Origin: Nitrospirota bacterium
GTDB lineage: Bacteria; Nitrospirota; 9FT-COMBO-42-15; HDB-SIOI813
DNA: 64,000 nucleotides
NCBI GenBank assembly: GCA_020851375.1
Contig: JADZCV010000044.1
Location: forward strand, 192,285 to 256,284
Direction of reading: 5' to 3'
Shown here: positions 10,392-20,307 of the stretch, piece by piece
Layout of the letters: each line of letters opens with the position of its first letter
Position numbering within the stretch: position 1 is the first letter of the stretch
Translations under genes and position numbers: made by a program
The notes under the pieces: generated by a model
What the model was told of the DNA's origin: nothing
Seen by the model: only the letters and a program-made list of their open reading frames with translations
Databases searched by the model: none

Positions 10392-11052
10392 TTTGGAACC
10401 TATCGGGTACCCAATGTTTATTAACAAATTTATCAACATCGCTTGTAAGCAACATAGTCTCAAAGCGAATCTTTTCAATAGGCCAATTCCACCATTGGAT
10501 TTGTAATAGTTTTTTGATCATATCTTCGTCAAAACGGTATCTGATAATCTGTGCTGGATTACCGAGAACTATGGCGTATGGAGGTATATCTCCCCGAACA
10601 ACAGAAAACGCCCCTATCACAGCACCATCTCCAATTCTTGCTCCCACTATGCTTGCACCGTATGCAATCCATACATCGTTTCCAATTACAATATCGCCCT
10701 GTCTTTTTGGAATATCAGCACCAACCTCATTAAGAAGGAAATGTCTCATCGGATATGTTGTACCCGTAAGCTTATGATTTCCATTTACAAGAAATGTAAC
10801 ATTTTGAGCGATCGAGCAAAACTTGCCGATTCTTATCTGATCATCTGTATCATAGCCTCTAAACTCACAGGTCGGCTGGTAATAAGACCATGGACCGACA
10901 ACAACGTCGCACTTAATTCCCCTAAATTTCCGCTCAAATCCGATCTCGGCAAGTTTATTCTGAAAAATATCTTGCTTATCTGCCTTATGGTGCATAGACT
11001 CACCCAGAAGGCGGAGTTTAAGAATGGCGGCAGCACGATCTATCAGCCACAT
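10384..11052 (-). CDS. hexapeptide-repeat acetyltransferase, XAT (Vat/CAT-like) family, likely sugar O/N-acetyltransferase
   Basis: Left-handed beta-helix repeats IGNDVWIAYGASIVGARIGDGAVIGAFSVVRGDIPPYAIVLGNPAQIIRYRF; about 220 aa. Confidence 0.8.
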   Translation of the reverse strand: MWLIDRAAAILKLRLLGESMHHKADKQDIFQNKLAEIGFERKFRGIKCDVVVGPWSYYQPTCEFRGYDTDDQIRIGKFCSIAQNVTFLVNGNHKLTGTTYPMRHFLLNEVGADIPKRQGDIVIGNDVWIAYGASIVGARIGDGAVIGAFSVVRGDIPPYAIVLGNPAQIIRYRFDEDMIKKLLQIQWWNWPIEKIRFETMLLTSDVDKFVNKHWVPDRFQNE

Positions 11053-11129
11053 CTCAGATTACCTCATTTACCACAACATGGATATTCTCAATCTCGAAAT
11101 CAAAATGATTTAAATTAACCATATTATAT

Positions 11130-12407
11130 CTATCCCTCTTTTTCTGTCACCCAGCTCAATAATGGACGAATTACCCCAGGGACGTCTCCCCCCCAATCTC
11201 CACGGGCAGAATCACCAGTCATATTATCTACAATCTGGAAGGAAATTACATCTTTCTCATATACCCGCTTTGTCGTGGGACTAATTGTGCTAATACTCGC
11301 CAAGACAGAGATATTCCCTTCTGCCAAGAGGTCCCCGGGTATTTGTAACTTAGTTATATATTGTCCGGTAGGGCGTCGTTGTTTCCGCCAATTGGTATCA
11401 ACGTCTATAGCAGTAAACAAAACAATACCTTCCTGGTTGGTCAGACGAATAATCGGGGTTAGCACGGCACCGGATTTAAGAACATCGTAGCGCATTTCAA
11501 GCACAAACGGGTATCGGATGTCAATTGAATCACTGATCTTCCCCTCTTCAGTCTGAACGCTTACAGCCCTCAGCCGCACGACATCATCTCCAGGGGCTTT
11601 GTTCAGATCAGGCCATTCCCGCATTGCAGTGGTTCCCAGGTCAGAATGAAAATACGAAGTTACCACCTGGTGTGCAGGTCCATCCTGCAGCACGCGGCCT
11701 TCACCGAACATTAATGCACGCTGACACAAGCGCGTGACTGCCGGCATGCTGTGGGAGACAAAGAGCACTGTCCGGCCCTCTTTACTTACATATCCCATCC
11801 TGTCCATGCATTTCCGTTGAAAGCGAATATCCCCCACCGCCAGCACTTCATCCACAATCAGGATTTCCGGCTCCAGGTGGGCAGCCACTGCAAAAGCAAG
11901 CCGGACGTACATTCCGCTTGAATATCTCTTTACCGGTGTATCCAGGAATTTCTCGATCTCTGAGAAGGCGACAATCTCATCGAATCTCGCCTTGATCTCC
12001 TGTCTGCTCATGCCGAGGAGTGCGCCGTTCAGAAATATATTTTCCCTGCCTGTGAGCTCCGGGTGGAATCCTGTGCCGACCTCGAGGAGGCTTGCCACCC
12101 GGCCCCTCATGACGATACGCCCCGAGGTCGGTTCTGTGATCCGTGAGAGGATCTTTAACAGGGTGCTCTTGCCTGCCCCATTCCTCCCGATAATGCCTAT
12201 GACCTCACCCTCCTGAACGTTGAACGAGACGTCCCTGAGCGCCCAGATGGTGTTATCCTCCTCCCCTGTTCCCAGGGCCCGGACACCGCGCCTGAAAGGA
12301 GCTGCTATCGCCTGCATGATCTCATCACGCAAGCTCCCGTAGGCCTCCTTCCTGCCGATGGTATATTGTTTGGATATGTTTCGTATCTCGATTATGGGAC
12401 GGCTCAT
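11130..12407 (-). CDS. wzt: polysaccharide ABC exporter ATP-binding protein with C-terminal carbohydrate-binding extension (Wzt/TagH-like)
   Basis: Walker A GIIGRNGAGKSTLLKIL and ABC signature region YSSGMYVRLAFAVA, plus a roughly 170-aa C-terminal beta-rich extension typical of Wzt proteins. Confidence 0.8.
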   Translation of the reverse strand: MSRPIIEIRNISKQYTIGRKEAYGSLRDEIMQAIAAPFRRGVRALGTGEEDNTIWALRDVSFNVQEGEVIGIIGRNGAGKSTLLKILSRITEPTSGRIVMRGRVASLLEVGTGFHPELTGRENIFLNGALLGMSRQEIKARFDEIVAFSEIEKFLDTPVKRYSSGMYVRLAFAVAAHLEPEILIVDEVLAVGDIRFQRKCMDRMGYVSKEGRTVLFVSHSMPAVTRLCQRALMFGEGRVLQDGPAHQVVTSYFHSDLGTTAMREWPDLNKAPGDDVVRLRAVSVQTEEGKISDSIDIRYPFVLEMRYDVLKSGAVLTPIIRLTNQEGIVLFTAIDVDTNWRKQRRPTGQYITKLQIPGDLLAEGNISVLASISTISPTTKRVYEKDVISFQIVDNMTGDSARGDWGGDVPGVIRPLLSWVTEKEG

Positions 12408-13225
12408 ATCACATCCGCGAAATAGCGCTCAACCCGCCGGAAATAGAAGACGCCACCCAGGAATATCACGATCCCCGTTGCAGCAGATATCCCGAGTGAT
12501 ATCCACGGCACCGGCAGATGGCCGAGTACAGCGGGACGGAATGCCTCGATAACCCCGCTCATCGGATTTAGTGCAAGGATCCAGGCGTAACGTTCATCAA
12601 AGAGGCTCGTCGGGTAGATGACGGGGGTCACGAACATCCATATCTGTATCCCAAATGGTATGACATACTGAATATCCCTGTACCTCACATTGAGCGCCGA
12701 GAACCACATCCCGAATCCAACGGCGTTCATCATAGTGAGCACAACGAGTAAAGGCACGAGGAGTATAGTGACGCTCACCGCTATGCCGTAGTATATCATC
12801 ATCAATCCCAGGACAACGGCGGCAATGGCTAAATCCAGGATGGCGGCGATTGATGTGCTCGCGGGCATCAGTATCCTGGGAAAATAGATCTTGCTGACCA
12901 TGTCCGCACCGCTCACCACACTGTTTGTAGATTGAGAAAGCACGGAGGCGAAGTATTGCCAGGGTAGAAGCCCTATGTAAACAAAAATGGGATACGGGAC
13001 ACCATCAGAAGGGATTTTTGCAAGGCGGCCGAAGAGCAATGAGAATACCACCATGGTCATAACAGGCTGCAGGATCGCCCACATCACGCCGAGGGCCGTC
13101 TGCTTGTATTTGACCTTGACGTCCCGCCAGGCAAGAAAATAAAGGAGTTCACGGAACTTCCATATCTCCCGGAAGTTGACCGGCACCCAGCCTTTTTGGG
13201 GCTCTATGACGATCATCTCTTTCAT
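12404..13225 (-). CDS. wzm: ABC-2 type polysaccharide exporter permease (Wzm/TagG-like)
   Basis: 273 aa, 6 predicted TM segments, immediately upstream of and 4-nt overlapped with the Wzt gene. Confidence 0.8.
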   Translation of the reverse strand: MKEMIVIEPQKGWVPVNFREIWKFRELLYFLAWRDVKVKYKQTALGVMWAILQPVMTMVVFSLLFGRLAKIPSDGVPYPIFVYIGLLPWQYFASVLSQSTNSVVSGADMVSKIYFPRILMPASTSIAAILDLAIAAVVLGLMMIYYGIAVSVTILLVPLLVVLTMMNAVGFGMWFSALNVRYRDIQYVIPFGIQIWMFVTPVIYPTSLFDERYAWILALNPMSGVIEAFRPAVLGHLPVPWISLGISAATGIVIFLGGVFYFRRVERYFADVI

Positions 13226-14178
13226 CTTCGTTTCAGTTCATCCTCCATCATCATCTTCACCACGTCATGCATCCTGTATTTAGCCTGCCAGTGGAGCACC
13301 CTTTGGGCCTTTGCGGGATTGCCCCTGCCAGTGGCTATTTCTGTGGGCCTAATGAGTGACGGATCGGTTACCACATGGTCTTTCCAGTTCAGCCGGACAC
13401 ACCCGAAGGCCGTCTCCACAAACTCCTCCAGGCTGTGACTCTCCCCGGTCGCGATCACAAAATCTTCAGGCCGTTCCTGATGCAGCATCAGCCACATGGC
13501 CTCCACATACTCCGGAGCCCAGCCCCAGTCTCTGCAAATGGTAATATTGCCCAGACAGAGTTTCTCCCTGCTTCCAGAAGCGATCCGTGCGGCTGCTGAG
13601 ACGATCTTCCGGGTCACAAAACGCTCAGGCCTCAGGGGGGATTCATGGTTAAACAGGATGCCTGAAGAGGCAAAGAGGCCATAGGCCTCGCGGTAGTTGG
13701 CCACCTCCCAGAAGGCAGCGGCCTTTGCCACGGCATAGGGGCTCCTCGGGCGAAATGGGGTCGCTTCATCCGCCGCCTCTTCGCCGATATCGCCGAAGCA
13801 CTCGCTGGAACAGGCATTGTAGAGCCTGACCGGAAGCCCTATGAACCGGATCGCCTCCAGGAGGTTCAGTGTCCCGATACTGTTGCTCTCCAGCGTTTCC
13901 ACAGGCTGCTGAAAGGAGAGGCCAACGGAACTCTGTCCCGCCAGGTTGTATATCTCATCAGGCTTTATCCTGGCAATCGTCTGCAGCACGCTTCTAAAAT
14001 CGGTCAGGACCATAGACTCAAGCATCACCCGGTCCCGGATGCCAAGCCGGGCCAGATTGCTGAAACTTGCCATCTGTGCGTCACGCGACGTCCCGCATAC
14101 CTCGTAACCCTTGTTCAATAAAAGTTGGGCAAGATATGTCCCGTCCTGCCCGGATATACCGCAGATAAGCGCTTTCAT
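13222..14178 (-). CDS. gmd: GDP-mannose 4,6-dehydratase (short form)
   Basis: MKALICGISGQDGTYLAQLLLNKGYEV and YAVAKAAAFWEVANYREAYGLFASSGILFNHESPLRPERFVTRKI closely match Gmd signatures. Confidence 0.75.
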   Translation of the reverse strand: MKALICGISGQDGTYLAQLLLNKGYEVCGTSRDAQMASFSNLARLGIRDRVMLESMVLTDFRSVLQTIARIKPDEIYNLAGQSSVGLSFQQPVETLESNSIGTLNLLEAIRFIGLPVRLYNACSSECFGDIGEEAADEATPFRPRSPYAVAKAAAFWEVANYREAYGLFASSGILFNHESPLRPERFVTRKIVSAAARIASGSREKLCLGNITICRDWGWAPEYVEAMWLMLHQERPEDFVIATGESHSLEEFVETAFGCVRLNWKDHVVTDPSLIRPTEIATGRGNPAKAQRVLHWQAKYRMHDVVKMMMEDELKRR

Positions 14179-14879
14179 GAGTATCCCCCGTTGATAATGA
14201 CCTCGGCCATCCTGAAATCGAGCGGGGTATTGATGTCAACTGACTCCATCTCGTCCATTATGAAAGGGACGATGAGGTCGCCGGTCGGGGATTTCTTGTT
14301 CCGGATCGTAGCCGGTTTGGTAATATAGATGCTCGCGTTCTGGATGTAGACCGTCGGCAATAGTTGATATGAGAAGGTATGGATATTCGGGTCTTTTCCT
14401 TTGACGAAAGGCGTCAGATAACCCTCTTCCGTTACCCACATCTTGTACGGGTGTTCCGCGCACAGCCGGACCGAGCGGAGGGAGTCCGCCTCAGGATGCC
14501 GCAGCATCTCTTCGATAGCCCTGTCAATTGTCTCTGTTCTTCTGAACGGGGACGTGGGATAGAGGAGGACTATCAGGTCAGGCTCATAATTTTCGTTCTC
14601 AAGAAACCAGTCGAGGGCATGTTCGAAAAATTGCATCTCGGTCGAGTCGCTCTGTGAAATCTCAACCGGCCTCAGGAACGGGACATCTGCACCGTATTGC
14701 CTTGCAACGGATGCTATCTCTTCCGAGTCTGTAGTCACGACGATGCGGTTAATATGTCCGGACTTGGCAGCAGCCCCGATCGTATGGGCTATCAGAGGCT
14801 TGCCCCCGAGGGTACGGAGGTTTTTGTTGGCTACCCTCTTTGAGCCAGCTCGGGCTGGGATGAAGGCTAAGATGTCCAC
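14175..14879 (-). CDS. acylneuraminate cytidylyltransferase-family protein (CMP-nonulosonic acid synthetase, NeuA/PseF/LegF-like)
   Basis: ILAFIPARAGSKRVANKNLRTLGGKPLIAHTI N-terminus; 234 aa. GTG start at 14879 immediately after the repeat-borne SD. Confidence 0.75.
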   Translation of the reverse strand: MDILAFIPARAGSKRVANKNLRTLGGKPLIAHTIGAAAKSGHINRIVVTTDSEEIASVARQYGADVPFLRPVEISQSDSTEMQFFEHALDWFLENENYEPDLIVLLYPTSPFRRTETIDRAIEEMLRHPEADSLRSVRLCAEHPYKMWVTEEGYLTPFVKGKDPNIHTFSYQLLPTVYIQNASIYITKPATIRNKKSPTGDLIVPFIMDEMESVDINTPLDFRMAEVIINGGYS

Positions 14880-15106
14880 CTGAAAATAACTCCTATCTGT
14901 GTGTCATTCCCACGGAATGTGTCCCCGCAGGATTTAAGCGGGGAGTGGGAATCCAGAACCAGACCCAGGTCTGGATTCCCGCTTTCGCGGGAATGACGTT
15001 TTCATTAAATCCTGCAGGGACAGGTTCCGCGGAAATAACGTTTTTCATTACACCTTGTGAGCCCTGAGCTGTGGGCCTGCCGAACAGCCGAAGGGCTCAT
15101 CGCGCT
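14880..15106 (-). repeat. composite palindromic intergenic repeat, copy 1 (leader + hairpin + core + module C)
   Basis: Contains aggag-N10-GTG leader, ccccgcaggatttaagcgggg hairpin, nested palindrome gtcattcccacgg...gggaatccagaacc...ggtctggattccc...cgcgggaatgacg, and gtgagccctgagctgtgggcctgccgaacagccgaagggctcat palindrome. Confidence 0.85.
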
Positions 15107-17023
15107 TCACTTATAAATCCTCTCAGCCAGAGACGCCCCGTCCACCCGGTGATATTTCAGAACCTCCTGTGGCGTCCCCCAGACAGGGTAGTCGTCTATG
15201 GCGATTTTATCGTATCGCCTGCCTCTCAGTTTTTCTGATTCGTTCAATTTATTAAGCAGGGAATCGCCCAATCCGCCGCGGGAGAAGTGATTGTCCAGAA
15301 CATAAATAACGCGGCATCCGCCGACAACCCATGCAAACCATTCTTTGTCCACACGGTTCAGCCAGGGCATATTGACAACCTTCAGCGAAAAACCCTTCTC
15401 ACTCAATAACTCTGATGCAAGGAGCGCTTCATTTAACATCACCGGGCCGTAAGCAAAGAGCACGGCATCCCCTCCATCCATCAGGACAGTTCCCTTCCCC
15501 ATCTCAAACCTGTAATCTTCGGGAAGGTCTATCTTTCGCGGAGAGGGCGAGATGGCAAGTCTCATCATGCAGTTCTCCTTTGTCCTGTTGACGCTCCACT
15601 CAAGGACTGCCTTGGTCTCCTGACTATTGCCTGGTTCCATTATGACAAAGTTCGGCAGGGCAGCAAAAAGGGATATGTCCCTCAGGCTCTGGTGCGACTT
15701 GCCGGGGCCTGCAGGGATCAGGCCCGCGTAATGGCATACATAGATTATCTTTGTCCCCTCTGTAGCATTATTGTATATCTGCTCATTGGCCCGTGAGGAT
15801 AGAAAGACGCCGAATGAATTGACGACCGGTAGAAGGCCCTGCAACGCAAGCCCTCCGGCCATGGAGACCATGTCCTGCTCTGCTATCCCGTTCTCGATGA
15901 AGCGGTCCGGAAAGGCCGTCTCAAAGGGGCGCAGTCCGCAGTCAGCAGACAGGTCGGCATCAAGTACAACAATATCCTCTCTCCCCTTCCCTGCCTCTAC
16001 CAGCGCCTCACCGAAGGCAGTAACTACCTTCTCTGCAGTATCCTTTAGCCTGGTCCTGTTCTTCTCCCTTGTCTCAACCACTTCAAGGGACAGAGGTTCC
16101 ATGCTGCATTTTTTGAGATCCGTGTTGATCCTGTCGAGTACCTCCTGCAAGCCCCTTTCATAGGCATCATCATCCGGGGCGCCTGAATGCCAACGATAGA
16201 GTCCATTCCCCTCTTTCAATGAGGCCGGCCCCTCCATAAAGGAAATCCCCTTACCCTTGACAGTGTCTGCAATCAGGAGTTTTGGCTTATCTGAAATACT
16301 GCTCAACTTGCCAAACACCTTGTCCATGGCAGCAAAATCGTGCCCATCGCACCGCTCCACATGCCATCCAAAGATCTGAAACTTCTTCCCGATGTCGCCG
16401 AGGTTTATGATCTCTCCCACAGGCTTGTCTGTCTGAATCTTATTATGGTCAACGATCACCGTGATATTGCATATCTTCTGATGGGCTGTCGTCTGCAGGG
16501 ACTCCCAGATCTGCCCCTCCTGGAGTTCTCCGTCTCCGGTCATCACAAAGACTCTTCCCCCGGACCCCTGCATCTTCCTGGCCCAGGCCATCCCCTTCCC
16601 CTTCGATATCCCCATCCCGAGGGAGCCGGTGTTAGCCTCCATCCCAGGAATGCTCACATCAGGGTGGCCGTCTAATCCGCCAAGGCGCCTTAATTTTAGA
16701 AGGTGATCCCATGAGAGGATGCCGGCGGCAAAGAGTGCTGCATACTGACCTGGACAGTCGTGCCCCTTCGATGAATAATAGATGTCCCTGTCAGGGCTGC
16801 TGAGGCCTGCCTTCACTGTGTTCAGCTCGTCGAAGTAGAGCATCACGTTGATGTCCAGGGCGCTCAGGCTGGAGCCCAAGTGGCCCGAGCCTGCCTTTTT
16901 CACGGCTGACAGCGCATTGATACGGCACATGTCGCTGACAATCCGCAGTTTCCAAAACTTATCTGACCTTGAGTTCCATACCCGCTGAAATTCACTGTAT
17001 GGAATAAATGAAATGTTCAGCAT
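15107..17023 (-). CDS. transketolase-family protein, fused N-terminal (TPP-binding) and C-terminal (pyrimidine-binding) subunits
   Basis: SGHLGSSLSALDINVMLY and GDGELQEGQIWES (TPP site) in the N-half; FIENGIAEQDMVSMAGGLALQG in the C-half; 638 aa. Confidence 0.75.
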   Translation of the reverse strand: MLNISFIPYSEFQRVWNSRSDKFWKLRIVSDMCRINALSAVKKAGSGHLGSSLSALDINVMLYFDELNTVKAGLSSPDRDIYYSSKGHDCPGQYAALFAAGILSWDHLLKLRRLGGLDGHPDVSIPGMEANTGSLGMGISKGKGMAWARKMQGSGGRVFVMTGDGELQEGQIWESLQTTAHQKICNITVIVDHNKIQTDKPVGEIINLGDIGKKFQIFGWHVERCDGHDFAAMDKVFGKLSSISDKPKLLIADTVKGKGISFMEGPASLKEGNGLYRWHSGAPDDDAYERGLQEVLDRINTDLKKCSMEPLSLEVVETREKNRTRLKDTAEKVVTAFGEALVEAGKGREDIVVLDADLSADCGLRPFETAFPDRFIENGIAEQDMVSMAGGLALQGLLPVVNSFGVFLSSRANEQIYNNATEGTKIIYVCHYAGLIPAGPGKSHQSLRDISLFAALPNFVIMEPGNSQETKAVLEWSVNRTKENCMMRLAISPSPRKIDLPEDYRFEMGKGTVLMDGGDAVLFAYGPVMLNEALLASELLSEKGFSLKVVNMPWLNRVDKEWFAWVVGGCRVIYVLDNHFSRGGLGDSLLNKLNESEKLRGRRYDKIAIDDYPVWGTPQEVLKYHRVDGASLAERIYK

Positions 17024-17035
17024 TACACCTCCTCC

Positions 17036-18526
17036 TCAATCCTTCTTTTCAAATTGGACATTCTGGATCTTTGCACTGTAGTCCACATACAATGTCTTTA
17101 CCTCAGAGAAGGCCTCGATGGCCGCCCATCCGGACTCACGGTAACCCAATCCGGAATCCTTGAGCCCTCCGAAGGGCATGTGCGGCTCCCCGCCGAAGGT
17201 AGGGGCATTGATATAGCAGACCCCTGTGTCTGCGTCGTCAAAGAAAGAAAACGCGCGGTTTACATCTCTCGTAAAGAGTGAGGCCGAGAGTCCATAGGGG
17301 GACGCATTGTGGATCCTTATGGCATCCTCATAGGAGCCGGACTTAAAGAGAGTCAGCACAGGGCCGAAGACCTCTTCGCGAGCGATCTCCATCTCAGGGG
17401 TGACATTGTTTAAGACAGTCGGTGCGATGTAATACCCCTTGTCATACACTCCCCCTTTTAGCTGTTCTCCCCCGGTCATGACCTTTGCCCCCTCTTTTTT
17501 GGCACGCCCGAGATAACCCATAACCCGGTCAAACTGTTTCCTGCTGATAAGCGGGGTAACATCAGAGCCCGCATCACTCCCCGGGCCGACCTTTTGTTTT
17601 CCGGTCCGTTCAAGGAGCCTCTCAAGAAAGGCGTCATACACGCGTTCGTGGACGATCACCCGGCTGGTGGCTGTGCAGCGCTGACCGGAAATGGAGAATG
17701 CCCCGCAAACCACACCATCCACTGCGAGGTCTATATCTGCATCCTCCATGACAATCACTGCGTTTTTTCCGCCAAGCTCAAGCGATATCTTCGCCAGCCT
17801 TGCAGAGCAGTTTTTCCCTATGATCTTTCCGGTCGAACTTGAACCAGTAAAAGATATCATGGAGACATCAGGGTGGAGAGTCATGGCCTCTCCTGCTTCC
17901 TGACCAAATCCATGGATAAGGTTCAGGACGCCCCTCGGCAATCCGGCCTCTTCCAGGATCTTTACAAAATGCACAGCCGTTTCCGGTGTATTCTCCTCAG
18001 ATTTTAAAACAACGGTATTACCGCAGAGGAGTGCAGGAAATGTCTTCCAGGCGGTGATTGCCATCGGAAAGTTCCATGAGGTGATGATCCCAACCACGCC
18101 AACAGGATATCTCTTTGTCATTGCAAAGCGCTTCCTTAGACCTGAATGGGACGTCCTTCCGAAGAGCCTGCGCCCCTCGCCAGCAGCGTAAAAGGCCATG
18201 TCAATCCCGGACTGCACATCACCCATTGCGCCATTCACGGTCTTTCCATTCTCCCCTGAGATTACCTCCGCAAGCTCCCTCTTCCTGGAGGTCATGATCC
18301 GGCCCGCCTCATAGAGGATCTTCCCCCTCTCAGGTGGCGACACACCCTTCCACGCTTCAAAGGCAGACCGGGCGGCAGAGACCGCCCTGCCGACATCCTC
18401 CGCAGTTGAGCGCGGGAAGAGGCCGAGAACCTCATCAATATTGGATGGATTCCGGTTCTCGAAGGTCTGTCCTGAGACCGAGTCTACCCACTCTCCGTTG
18501 ATATAATTCTTAAAGGTAACTGTCAT
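17036..18526 (-). CDS. NAD(P)-dependent aldehyde dehydrogenase family protein
   Basis: LELGGKNAVIVMEDADIDLAV and catalytic-Cys region FSISGQRCTATSRVIVHE; 496 aa. Confidence 0.85.
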   Translation of the reverse strand: MTVTFKNYINGEWVDSVSGQTFENRNPSNIDEVLGLFPRSTAEDVGRAVSAARSAFEAWKGVSPPERGKILYEAGRIMTSRKRELAEVISGENGKTVNGAMGDVQSGIDMAFYAAGEGRRLFGRTSHSGLRKRFAMTKRYPVGVVGIITSWNFPMAITAWKTFPALLCGNTVVLKSEENTPETAVHFVKILEEAGLPRGVLNLIHGFGQEAGEAMTLHPDVSMISFTGSSSTGKIIGKNCSARLAKISLELGGKNAVIVMEDADIDLAVDGVVCGAFSISGQRCTATSRVIVHERVYDAFLERLLERTGKQKVGPGSDAGSDVTPLISRKQFDRVMGYLGRAKKEGAKVMTGGEQLKGGVYDKGYYIAPTVLNNVTPEMEIAREEVFGPVLTLFKSGSYEDAIRIHNASPYGLSASLFTRDVNRAFSFFDDADTGVCYINAPTFGGEPHMPFGGLKDSGLGYRESGWAAIEAFSEVKTLYVDYSAKIQNVQFEKKD

Positions 18527-18559
18527 GTCCTGACCTCCACTATGATGTTCACAGAAATT

Positions 18560-18645
18560 CCTTTCGCATCGTCATTCCCACGGAAGTGGGAATCCAGAAC
18601 TATGCCCGCATTCTGGATTCCCGCTTGCGCGGGAATGACGGGTCC
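18560..18645 (-). repeat. palindromic repeat, copy 2 (core module only)
   Basis: cgtcattcccacggaagtgggaatccagaactatgcccgcattctggattcccgcttgcgcgggaatgacg between the ALDH start and the SDR stop. Confidence 0.85.
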
Positions 18646-18647
18646 GC

Positions 18648-19457
18648 TCACCAGCAACTGAATCCACCGTCAATGATCAGGTTGCTACCTGTCATATAGG
18701 ACGAGGCGTCTGATGCAAGAAACAATATTGCACCGTTGTATTCATCCTGCCCCGCCATGCGGCCGAGGGGAACCTTGTTGCTGTAATTACTGAGAAAGGT
18801 CTCATCCTGATTGTTAAAGACACCACCGAGTGTCAGCGTATTCACCCGGACGCCGCTCTTCGACCAGTAGGTCGCAAGATACTTCGTAAGGTTGATGACT
18901 CCACCCTTGCTGACCGCATAGGTGACTGGTTTAAAAAACGGTTTTTCCCTGTACTCATATATCCTCTGGTCCGGCGACAGTATCCCGTAGATTGACGAGA
19001 TGTTGATAATTGACCCGCCGCCCGATTTTGCCATATGGCCTCCGATCACCTGACAGCACAGGAAGGTCCCTTTCAGGTTTACATCCATCATTATACTCCA
19101 CGATGCCTCGGGATAGTCCTCGAATGGGCCGGTCTCCTGCTCATCCGCGTTCGGCGGTGCGTCTATGGCGGCATTGTTGATCAGAATCCCGGGGTCCCCG
19201 AACGTGGATATGACCTTCTCCAATCCCTGTTCAATTGATTTCCTGTCAATGATGTTGACTTGTACCAGGAGCAGTTTGTCTGAAACAATCTCACTGAGCC
19301 TCCCCTTTGGATTGCCGGGATTGAGATCAAAAGCGGCCACAGAGGCGCCTGCGCCAAGAAGGGCGCGCACATATTCCCCACCGAGCTGCCCGGCCGCGCC
19401 GGTAACGATGGCTACTTTGCCGGAGAGGTTAAATAGCTTGTCAATTATTTGTTTCAC
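18648..19457 (-). CDS. SDR-family oxidoreductase
   Basis: GKVAIVTGAAGQLGGEYVRALLGAGASV Rossmann motif; YAVSKGG catalytic YxxxK; GTG start preceded by repeat-borne GGAG. Confidence 0.8.
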   Translation of the reverse strand: MKQIIDKLFNLSGKVAIVTGAAGQLGGEYVRALLGAGASVAAFDLNPGNPKGRLSEIVSDKLLLVQVNIIDRKSIEQGLEKVISTFGDPGILINNAAIDAPPNADEQETGPFEDYPEASWSIMMDVNLKGTFLCCQVIGGHMAKSGGGSIINISSIYGILSPDQRIYEYREKPFFKPVTYAVSKGGVINLTKYLATYWSKSGVRVNTLTLGGVFNNQDETFLSNYSNKVPLGRMAGQDEYNGAILFLASDASSYMTGSNLIIDGGFSCW

Positions 19458-19787
19458 CTGAAAATGCTCCTATTCACCCTTCATTCCTACCGAACCAGTC
19501 CCCGCATGATTTAAGCACCCGTCATTCCCACGGAAGTGGGAATCCAGAACCAGGCCCACGGTCTGGATTCCCGCTTACGCGGGAATGACGTTTTCATTAA
19601 CCCTGGTGAGCCCTGAGCTGTGAGCTTGTCGAACAGTCGAAGGGCTCATGACGGTTCACCTTAAAATCCCCGTTATTTACCGCAAAGGCACAAAGGACAC
19701 AAAGAATTATATTTCAGATACATCATCCAAAAATGCTCCTATATACCCGTCATTCCTGCCTTCGCGGGGATGACGTTTTCATGATAC
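19458..19787 (-). repeat. composite palindromic repeat, copy 3 (full element plus truncated second copy)
   Basis: Leader acctgaaaatgctcctat, hairpin, core gtcattcccacggaagtgggaatccagaaccaggcccacggtctggattcccgcttacgcgggaatgacg, module C gtgagccctgagctgtgagcttgtcgaacagtcgaagggctcat, a CAAAG-repeat tract, and a second short copy (aaaaatgctcctatatacccgtcattcctgccttcgcggggatgacg). Confidence 0.85.
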
Positions 19788-20306
19788 CTATTTTCCACCA
19801 GTTTTTACGTCAATAATAAAATCACAGAACTCTCTGATTGCACCGTGCCCCCCCATGGCGCTGGTGATATAGAGTGAGACGGCCTTGACAGAGGGATAGG
19901 CATCGGCAACACAGACCGGGAGGCCGACGATATTCAGACATTCTATGTCGTTGATGTCATTTCCCATGTAGGCGATGTTTTCGAGTGGGACTACCAGTCT
20001 TCGAGCCTCCTCTTTAAGCCTTTCCCCTTTATGGTCGCACCCCTGTATGCAGGGGATATCCAGCTTCCTGCACCTGGCGCTGACAACAGGATTCTTTTCC
20101 TTTGAGAGGACCAGGAGTTTTATTCCCGCGCGTCTGGCTGCTTCAAGGCCAAAACCGTCCGACCTGTTGCAAAAGACCCCCTCTGTCCCATCCTGCATCA
20201 CCAGGACGCGGTTATCAGTAAAAACACCGTCGAAATCAAAGACGATCATCTCCACCCTGCGGGCCAGATTGTACAGTCGCTCTCTGTCTTGCATATCGCT
20301 TGTCAT
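19788..20306 (-). CDS. HAD-superfamily phosphatase, KdsC family (nonulosonic acid 9-phosphate / KDO 8-phosphate phosphatase-like)
   Basis: MIVFDFDGVFTDNRVLV DxD motif, about 170 aa. Start set at internal Met near 20306; the track start 20345 overlaps the NeuB-like gene by 38 nt. Confidence 0.7.
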   Translation of the reverse strand: MTSDMQDRERLYNLARRVEMIVFDFDGVFTDNRVLVMQDGTEGVFCNRSDGFGLEAARRAGIKLLVLSKEKNPVVSARCRKLDIPCIQGCDHKGERLKEEARRLVVPLENIAYMGNDINDIECLNIVGLPVCVADAYPSVKAVSLYITSAMGGHGAIREFCDFIIDVKTGGK

Positions 20307-20307
20307 T